Source: an uncultured Candidatus Saccharibacteria bacterium | Lineage (GTDB): Bacteria > Patescibacteriota > Minisyncoccia > Phycocordibacterales > UBA9973 | Length of the DNA stretch: 64,000 bases | Assembly: GCA_964646765.1 (NCBI GenBank) | Contig: CAZYIA010000001.1 | Coordinates: 341,621-405,620, forward strand | Direction of reading: 5' to 3' | In this document: piece after piece, positions 57,229-64,000 of the stretch | Layout: every line of letters starts with the position of its first letter | How positions within the stretch are numbered: position 1 is the first letter of the stretch | Made by a program: the position numbers and the translations under genes | The notes under the pieces: model-generated | What the model saw: only the letters and a program-made list of their open reading frames with translations | What the model was told of the DNA's origin: nothing | Database searches by the model: none

Positions 57229-59538
57229 ATGGCGGTACAAAAAATATATAAAGTGAGTGGTATGCACTGTGCAAGCTGTGTCGCCCTCATTGAGGATAAG
57301 GTAAAGAAAGTACCAGGAGTGACGGCAGCTTCGGTAGCACTTACCAATGAAAAGGCAAAAATTGAATTCTCTGGTAGCGAACTGCCACTTGAAACATTGA
57401 ATAATGCCATCTCCCCGTTTGGCTATACGTTTGAAGATACAACAAAGGAAAATATGGATCACGGGCACGATCACGGCAGTATGTCAGAAATGAATCACGG
57501 CGAACCAAACAAGGAAGACGGTTTGGCCCTTGAAATGAAATTTGTTATTCCAATGGTTGCCATTTCATTTATCATGATGCTCTGGACTGTGCTTTCAGAC
57601 AACCACATCATTCCTACAATGTCTGAAACGGTATATGAATTTTTTCACCACTTGATGCCGATTTTTGCATCATTCGTACTTTTTGGCATTGGTCGCCGAT
57701 ACATTAAAGCGACGTGGATATTTCTCAAGACAGGTACAGCGAATATGGACGTACTTGTTGGTATCTCTACTATCGTTGCCTTTCTATATTCGTTCATCAT
57801 AACGGCATTCGAAAAAAATCTTGCGCCCTACCTGAACGTTACCTCAAATTTTTATGATGTGGTCATTATCGTAATCGGTCTTATCGCACTCGGCCAATTT
57901 TTTGAAGCGCGAGCAAAACGCAAGACAAATGAGGCACTTAAGCGCCTTGCTGAGCTTTCAAGTAAATCTGCGCTCGTACTTCGAAACGGAAAAGAAGTTG
58001 AAATTCCAATTGAGAAAGTAACAATGGGAGATGTTGTTATCGTTAAACCAAACGAACGTATTCCCGTTGACGGTATCATTGAAACTGGCTCATCAAGTAT
58101 TGATGAATCAAATCTTACTGGTGAATCTATACCCGTAGACAAAACTATCGGTATGCCTGTCTTTGCCGGAACACAAAATTTTCAGGGGCTGTTGCATATT
58201 AAAGTTACCAAAGATACAAAAGATACCGCGCTGGCACACATTATTTCTATCGTTGAAGAAGCGCAGAACTCCAAAGCGCCTATTGAGCGCACAGCTGATA
58301 AAATCTCCAGCTACTTTGTCTATATTGTTCTTATTCTCGCTGTCGTTACTTTCGCTACATGGATGATCTTTGGTCCGGCAACACTCGGTCTTTCTAAATC
58401 ATTTGCCTTTGCTCTTTCAACAATGATGGCAGTACTCGTTATCGCCTGCCCTTGTTCATTAGGGCTCGCCACTCCGACAGCTATTATCACTGGCGTTGGT
58501 ACTGGTGCCCGCCGTGGCATCCTCATAAAAAATGCCGAGAGCCTCGAGAAACTTGCAAGTGTGCAAGCATTGGTTTTCGACAAGACTGGCACGCTTACTG
58601 AGAACAAGCTTTCGATCGAAGGTATCTTTTGTAAAGACACCGACCACGTGTGCGATGACGAACATAAAGCATTCAAACAGTCTCTCATTTACGCAATGAC
58701 AAAGGCATCGAAGCATCCAATCTCCGCGAGCATCGCACAGTGGCTTACTGATATAAAAGTAAAAGAAGTATCAGTTTCTGCAATTTCGGAGTTGGCAGGT
58801 AAAGGTCTGGTGGGAACTCATGAGGGCACACAATATTATCTTGGTTCAATTACCTACGCAGCAGAGGTAATAAAACGTTCTGAAGAAACTATTCGTAAGG
58901 ATTTTCACAATGAACGTTTTGCAAGTGGCCGAGAGCTCTACTTATTTTCTGAGAAAGAAATTCTCTCGCTGGTAAAAGTGCACGACACCCTAAAGACTGA
59001 AGCGCGAGAAGAGATCGAAAAACTCAAACATCTCGGGCTCACCGTTATCATGGCAACCGGTGATCACCAAAAGACAGCCGAGGTTGTGGCGAAAGGTCTT
59101 GGTATTGATAAAGTATTTGCCAATGTACAGCCTGAAGACAAACTCAATATTGTTAAAGATTTACAAAAGAAAGGCCTCAAGGTTGCTATGATTGGTGACG
59201 GAGTTAACGACTCTCCAGCACTTGCACAAGCAGATGTAGCGATTTCAATGAGTGATGGTTCTGATATTGCTATTGAAAGTTCTGATATTGTCCTTCTTCA
59301 AGGTGATATTGCTAAAGTAGCTGAAGCAGTTACTCTTGCAAAGAAAACAAATCGTATCATTTGGCAAAATCTTATTTGGTCATTTGGATATAATTCTCTT
59401 GGAATTCCAATTGCTGCAGGTATTCTCTACCCTTTCTTTGGATTTCTACTTAATCCCGCTATTGCTGGATCAATCATGGCATTTGAAAGTGTGACAGTTG
59501 TTATGAACTCACTGCGTTTAAAAAAAACAACATTGTAA
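57229..59538 (+). CDS. copA: Copper-translocating P1B-type ATPase
   Basis: GMHCASC, TGES, CPC, DKTGT, GDGVND, YN. Confidence 0.95.
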   Translation: MAVQKIYKVSGMHCASCVALIEDKVKKVPGVTAASVALTNEKAKIEFSGSELPLETLNNAISPFGYTFEDTTKENMDHGHDHGSMSEMNHGEPNKEDGLALEMKFVIPMVAISFIMMLWTVLSDNHIIPTMSETVYEFFHHLMPIFASFVLFGIGRRYIKATWIFLKTGTANMDVLVGISTIVAFLYSFIITAFEKNLAPYLNVTSNFYDVVIIVIGLIALGQFFEARAKRKTNEALKRLAELSSKSALVLRNGKEVEIPIEKVTMGDVVIVKPNERIPVDGIIETGSSSIDESNLTGESIPVDKTIGMPVFAGTQNFQGLLHIKVTKDTKDTALAHIISIVEEAQNSKAPIERTADKISSYFVYIVLILAVVTFATWMIFGPATLGLSKSFAFALSTMMAVLVIACPCSLGLATPTAIITGVGTGARRGILIKNAESLEKLASVQALVFDKTGTLTENKLSIEGIFCKDTDHVCDDEHKAFKQSLIYAMTKASKHPISASIAQWLTDIKVKEVSVSAISELAGKGLVGTHEGTQYYLGSITYAAEVIKRSEETIRKDFHNERFASGRELYLFSEKEILSLVKVHDTLKTEAREEIEKLKHLGLTVIMATGDHQKTAEVVAKGLGIDKVFANVQPEDKLNIVKDLQKKGLKVAMIGDGVNDSPALAQADVAISMSDGSDIAIESSDIVLLQGDIAKVAEAVTLAKKTNRIIWQNLIWSFGYNSLGIPIAAGILYPFFGFLLNPAIAGSIMAFESVTVVMNSLRLKKTTL

Positions 59539-59542
59539 ATCT

Positions 59543-60568
59543 ATGAAAAAAACACTCACATTTCATGTTCATGGTATGCACTGCAACTCCTGTGTTCTCC
59601 TAACTGAAAGCAAGATCGGAGATTTGCCGAATGTAAACAAGGCAACGTCGAATTTGAAGAACCATACTATTGAAGTTACGGGAGACTTTGGAGACATGAA
59701 CGAAACTCAGACTGCTGACATGCTTACTGATGTCGTTAAAAGCTATGGCTATACAATTTCCACCGAGAAACTGGTGCAAAATATTACACAATGGTCGGAA
59801 TTTAAAATTGCTGTACCAATCGCGATTGGCTTTGCAATCCTTTTCGTCCTCCTTCAGAAACTCGGCATCGTAAATCTTGTTGGTGGTGGATCAGTAACAT
59901 ATGGCACGGCATTTGTTATCGGTATCATCGCTTCCCTCTCAACATGCATGGCTGTTGTTGGTGGGCTTCTTCTTTCGATGTCTGCAACATTTGCGAAAGA
60001 AGGAGATACAGTCCGTCCACAACTACTCTTCCATGGTGGACGTCTAATTTCGTTCTTTATCTTTGGGGGTATCATCGGTGTACTTGGTTCAGCCTTCACA
60101 TTAAGTACAACCACTACCGTTGTCTTAAGTATCGTTATCGCTTTGGTGATGATTATGCTGGGTATCAATCTTCTCGACGTTTTCCCTTGGGCAAAGCAAT
60201 TGCAACCTGCGATGCCAAAATATATCGCACAACGAGCACACGGTATTTCAAATCTCAATCACACACTGACACCACTTCTCGTCGGTATTGCGACATTCTT
60301 TTTGCCATGCGGATTTACCCAATCAATGCAACTCTACACGCTTACTACCGGAAATTTTCTGCAAGGATCGCTTACGATGTTCTCCTTCGCGCTCGGAACA
60401 CTACCAATCCTTGCTCTCATCTCTTTTAGTTCATTTAGTATTCGAGACAGTAAGTATGCAGGAATATTTTTCAAGAGTGCCGGACTGATCGTTATATTAT
60501 TTGCCTTATTTAATTTTATTAACGCACTGGTGATTATCGGCATCGTTCCACCAGTATTTAACTTCTGA
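59543..60568 (+). CDS. HMA domain plus DsbD_2/TauE-like membrane protein
   Basis: GMHCNSC; STCMAVVGG; FFLPCGFTQ; FALGTLP. Confidence 0.85.
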   Translation: MKKTLTFHVHGMHCNSCVLLTESKIGDLPNVNKATSNLKNHTIEVTGDFGDMNETQTADMLTDVVKSYGYTISTEKLVQNITQWSEFKIAVPIAIGFAILFVLLQKLGIVNLVGGGSVTYGTAFVIGIIASLSTCMAVVGGLLLSMSATFAKEGDTVRPQLLFHGGRLISFFIFGGIIGVLGSAFTLSTTTTVVLSIVIALVMIMLGINLLDVFPWAKQLQPAMPKYIAQRAHGISNLNHTLTPLLVGIATFFLPCGFTQSMQLYTLTTGNFLQGSLTMFSFALGTLPILALISFSSFSIRDSKYAGIFFKSAGLIVILFALFNFINALVIIGIVPPVFNF

Positions 60569-60576
60569 GTATATCT

Positions 60577-60975
60577 ATGAAAATAGCTATCGCGATTCTT
60601 ATAGCAGGTCTACTTATTGCAGGATCAATTGTGCTTACTAAAAATAATTCCATTTCCCAACAACCAAACAAAGTAGCCGAAAATATACCAAACGTCAGTA
60701 TAGTAAACGGAACACAGATTATCGAAATTAGAGCTAAAGGAGGCTACACTCCCCGAATAAGTGTTGCTAGAGCTGGGATTCCAACGACCCTTCGATTTAA
60801 CACTAACGGTACTTTTGATTGCTCTGCTTCCGTGCGTCTTCCAAGCATGGGAATCTCTGAAATACTTCCAAACTCCGGCACAAAGGATATTAGTCTTGGC
60901 AGTCCTAAAGCTGGAACGCTTCAAGGTACTTGTGGAATGGGAATGTATCCATTTGAAATACAATTTCAGAGCTAG
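60577..60975 (+). CDS. Cupredoxin-domain protein
   Basis: GGYTP, FDC, TCGMGMY. Confidence 0.85.
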   Translation: MKIAIAILIAGLLIAGSIVLTKNNSISQQPNKVAENIPNVSIVNGTQIIEIRAKGGYTPRISVARAGIPTTLRFNTNGTFDCSASVRLPSMGISEILPNSGTKDISLGSPKAGTLQGTCGMGMYPFEIQFQS

Positions 60976-61039
60976 AAAACTATACGGTTTGACTTCTCCT
61001 ATCAACAACTGAAAAATCGCCTATGGTATACTTTTAAGT

Positions 61040-61390
61040 GTGAAAAATATACTCATTTATTTCATCACGGGTGGATTATTTACGACCCTTATTGTTACTC
61101 TTGAGCAAAGTGGTCTTCGACTACTATCGGGATTAATGGCTCTCATCCCTGTATTCACTTTGGTTTCATATATTTTTATTGGACAATCACAGGGTGGGTT
61201 GGCAGTAAGTCAACATTCACAATTTGTTCTATGGGGTACAATCGTATCTTGGATACCTTATATGATTGCTGTTGCTTACTTCGCACCAAAAATTGGCGCA
61301 CATAACGCGATTATTGTTGGAATGGTTCTATTCTTTGTTCTCGCAATTACTTTCATTCTCATAACTTCCCACTATCACCTCTTTCAGTAA
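61040..61390 (+). CDS. Small four-TM membrane protein (GlpM-like)
   Basis: Four hydrophobic helices, LSGLMALIPVFTL; TGnTATACT 7 nt before GTG. Confidence 0.6.
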   Translation: MKNILIYFITGGLFTTLIVTLEQSGLRLLSGLMALIPVFTLVSYIFIGQSQGGLAVSQHSQFVLWGTIVSWIPYMIAVAYFAPKIGAHNAIIVGMVLFFVLAITFILITSHYHLFQ

Positions 61391-61420
61391 AAGAATTTTA
61401 GGAGATACTGAAATTCAGAA

Positions 61421-61457
61421 TATAGAAAACCACCCGCATTGACGGGTGGTTTTCTAT
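61421..61457. terminator. Bidirectional terminator
   Basis: ATAGAAAACCACCCG-CATTGA-CGGGTGGTTTTCTAT. Confidence 0.85.
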
Positions 61458-61476
61458 TATGCACAGAATAGTTTGA

Positions 61477-63999
61477 CTACTTTCCTTTCGCTAGGATGTT
61501 GTTGAAATATTCTCTCGTAACCGGACCAAAGTAACCAATCGCCGGAGAAATATGCACGGAAGCCTGATATTTTGCTAATGCTTTTTTCGTTAATACTCCA
61601 AATCGAGTTGTTTCATTTCCGGGAGAACCGGCACCAGAAACTGCAATGAGAAATCCTTTTCCATTGAGGAATCTTTGCAACTCCCTTACATCTTCACCCG
61701 TCGCCCCAACACTTAAATTTCGAGTAAATACAAAGTTGTCATTTTTTTGTGCTGTAACTCTGAGTGGAGAGGTTAATTGCACGGTTGGTATAAGAAAAAC
61801 TGATCCTGACGAAGTAGGAAGATTGTTAGTGGTTGCATGAACTTCATCAGAAACATCCCCTACACCATTAGTATTAATCGCTGACACGCGATAATTGTAT
61901 TGTGTTCCGGCTGTAAGCCCAGTATCTGAATAGGTTGTTCCTGTTGTTCCTGTGTCTGCGACAAGTGTAGTAAATCCCCCACCTACCGGTGACTCTCGTT
62001 CGATTTTATAACCAGTAATTGCAGACCCGCCATCAGACGTCGGAGCAGTCCAAGAGAGATCGATCTGCGAAGTTGATATTGTTGTAGCGGTAAGCCCGTT
62101 TGGATCACCAGGCGCGGACACAACGGTAATTGTCACTGTTCCAGTATCTGTATCTGTGCCATCCGAAACAGTGTAATCAAATGTTTCTACGCCTAGGAAA
62201 TGCGGAGCTGGAGTATATCCAATATATTGTCCGCCTAAAATAATTTGCGCATCACCGCCATGATTAGGAATACTGACAGCAACAACAGTCAGTGTGTCAT
62301 GATCTGCATCAGTATCATTTGAAAGTACGTCCAAAGAAGATCCACCTCCAGCAGAAGTATTGTGAGTAGACACATCATCAACAGCAACGGGAGCATTGTT
62401 TGCAGGTGGAGTCACTGTAATGCTCGCTGTATCTGTTGCTGATGAAAAAGCTGTCGTGCCACCATTTAAGGCCGTGCTTGCTAGCGCGCCATTCGTTCCA
62501 CTTGTCTGATCCCAGGCCCGAAATGTAACTGAACTCGTTCCAGCAAAGCTTGGATTTGGATAGAAGTAGAGACGATTAACTGGAGAAGTTGTTAAAAGTC
62601 GTGCCGAACTTGATGTGACAGCACCAAGAGGCGACCATGTTGTGCCTCCGTTTGTAGTGTAATACCAAGTACCATTCGTAGTATCCGCATCTGTAATCGC
62701 AACACCTAACTGAGCACTCGAGTCAACATCGATAACGTTATCAAGGCCACCTGCTGGTGGTGTGGAATCCACGATGGTTGCAACTGGAGTTCCTACTACA
62801 CCCACCGGCGCACTCGCGTCGTGCGCTATTGATAATAGAACTGGGGTCTTTGTATTATCTAAAATTGGCGCATCATTGATTGCTGTTATGGTAAGACTCG
62901 CTCCTTCTGTATTTGACGAAAATGCCGTTGAGCCACCGCTTGTTGAGGTGTCTACAGTACTTCCATCTGAACCACTCGTTTGATCCCACGCACGGAAGGT
63001 AAACGCGTCAGTAAATGATCCACTAACGTCAGCTAACCCGCGACAGTACACACGATTATCGGCATCCGCAGTAAGCAACCGCGCTGAAGATGTTGTCGGG
63101 GTACCGAGCGCGTTCCATGAAGTACCACCGTCGAGTGAATAGTAACAACTGAGACTCACATTAGTTCCAACAATCGCTATACCCAATTGAGAACTTGAAT
63201 CAATGTCTGTCACATTGTCTACCTGACCAGAAGGCGCAGCAAAATCGACGATTGCGGAAACAAGGGTACCAACAGCACCAGTAGGAGCTATCGCATCTTC
63301 TGTAATAGTTGAAAGAGATGGGCTCTTGCCTCCATCAAGCACCGGGGCATCGTTGACTGGAAGTACAGTTACATCGGCGGTATCTGAGGCAGTTGAGAAG
63401 GAAAATCCACTACCATTATTGGAGGTGTCAGCAAGATCTCCTTCACCAAACTCGGTTGCATCCCAAGCCCTAAAAGTAAGGGCGACTGTAACTGTCCCGT
63501 TATAGTCAGCGGGTGGCTGACAATAAACTCTACTTTGTGTATCTGCCGTAATTAATCTGGCTGAAGAATCAGAAACAGTGCCAACAGCAGCCCAAGTATC
63601 ACCATTATCAAGAGAATAGTAGCAAGTTAGAGTTGCATCTACTCCAGTTATAGCCATACCAGCAATTGCTCCACCATCAGAATCTGTTACGTTATCAAGT
63701 CCTCCAGGAGGAGAGACAAAATCTACAAGTGATGAAACAAGCGTACCTACTGCTCCACTTGGAGCACCTGAATCTTCGTTGATAGCATTTAGTACTGGCG
63801 TTTTAGTGCTATCCAAAACTGGGGCAGAGTTTCCAGGACTCACTATTATTGAAGCTGTATCTGTTGCTGTTGAAAACGCAGTTGATCCTCCTGAGGTAGA
63901 TGTGTCAACGATACCTCCAACTGTTCCACTTGTTTGATCCCAAGCACGGAAAGTAATGGCATTAGAAACTGTTCCAAAAAATGGAAACGTTGGCTGGAA
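61477..63999 (-). CDS. Giant adhesin-like protein, paralog of 8375-13120; 5' end outside window
   Basis: Frame open to the window edge; NxAPVLD...FRAWDQTSG repeats, Big_9-like repeat, FN3 ([19 protein letters not shown]), C-terminal PG-binding domain. Confidence 0.85.
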   Translation of the reverse strand, partial: FQPTFPFFGTVSNAITFRAWDQTSGTVGGIVDTSTSGGSTAFSTATDTASIIVSPGNSAPVLDSTKTPVLNAINEDSGAPSGAVGTLVSSLVDFVSPPGGLDNVTDSDGGAIAGMAITGVDATLTCYYSLDNGDTWAAVGTVSDSSARLITADTQSRVYCQPPADYNGTVTVALTFRAWDATEFGEGDLADTSNNGSGFSFSTASDTADVTVLPVNDAPVLDGGKSPSLSTITEDAIAPTGAVGTLVSAIVDFAAPSGQVDNVTDIDSSSQLGIAIVGTNVSLSCYYSLDGGTSWNALGTPTTSSARLLTADADNRVYCRGLADVSGSFTDAFTFRAWDQTSGSDGSTVDTSTSGGSTAFSSNTEGASLTITAINDAPILDNTKTPVLLSIAHDASAPVGVVGTPVATIVDSTPPAGGLDNVIDVDSSAQLGVAITDADTTNGTWYYTTNGGTTWSPLGAVTSSSARLLTTSPVNRLYFYPNPSFAGTSSVTFRAWDQTSGTNGALASTALNGGTTAFSSATDTASITVTPPANNAPVAVDDVSTHNTSAGGGSSLDVLSNDTDADHDTLTVVAVSIPNHGGDAQIILGGQYIGYTPAPHFLGVETFDYTVSDGTDTDTGTVTITVVSAPGDPNGLTATTISTSQIDLSWTAPTSDGGSAITGYKIERESPVGGGFTTLVADTGTTGTTYSDTGLTAGTQYNYRVSAINTNGVGDVSDEVHATTNNLPTSSGSVFLIPTVQLTSPLRVTAQKNDNFVFTRNLSVGATGEDVRELQRFLNGKGFLIAVSGAGSPGNETTRFGVLTKKALAKYQASVHISPAIGYFGPVTREYFNNILAKGK

Positions 64000-64000
64000 A

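Noticed and set aside
56916-60975. Copper operon as part of the tRNA-Asn island or as a novel system
   Set aside because: It lies outside the 56216 boundary, and CsoR-CopA-DsbD_2-cupredoxin is a familiar arrangement
1-64000. Alternative genetic code (TGA recoding as in Gracilibacteria/SR1)
   Set aside because: Long genes translate intact with the standard code and TGA is used as a stop (for example at 2091 and 18919)

Overview
A 64-kb chromosomal segment whose gene content and style suggest a CPR/Patescibacteria (Parcubacteria-like) bacterium; the taxonomy is inferred. The backbone carries housekeeping genes (relA 3' end, parB, miaA, rpmG, a murF-FemAB cell-wall operon, clpB, iscS, infB, rbfA, gyrA, rpsA, pth, lepB, hisS, def, fmt, hpf), nine tRNA genes, five pilin-domain genes, two paralogous giant adhesins and a CsoR-CopA copper operon. 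The most unusual content is tRNA-centred. (i) Two large serine recombinase (LSR) islands have recombinase genes that read into the antisense 3' end of tRNA-Tyr and tRNA-Asn; both att junctions can be reconstructed from the sequence. (ii) The tRNA-Tyr island contains a complete, perfectly matching 340-bp inverted copy of its own attP in its middle. (iii) tRNA-Tyr anchors an ordered tandem array: island, structured spacer, recombinase-less cassette, structured spacer. (iv) The spacers belong to a family of 120-190 bp structured elements with compensatory base changes, also found beside tRNA-Trp and tRNA-Lys, whose ends copy the specific neighbouring tRNA. (v) Both recombinase genes have pseudoknot-type leaders. 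The tRNA-Asn island carries a Type III R-M system, a terminase-small-subunit-like gene and a candidate STAS-HATPase/DUF4325/membrane-protein defence module. All alignments were done by eye and no database search was run.
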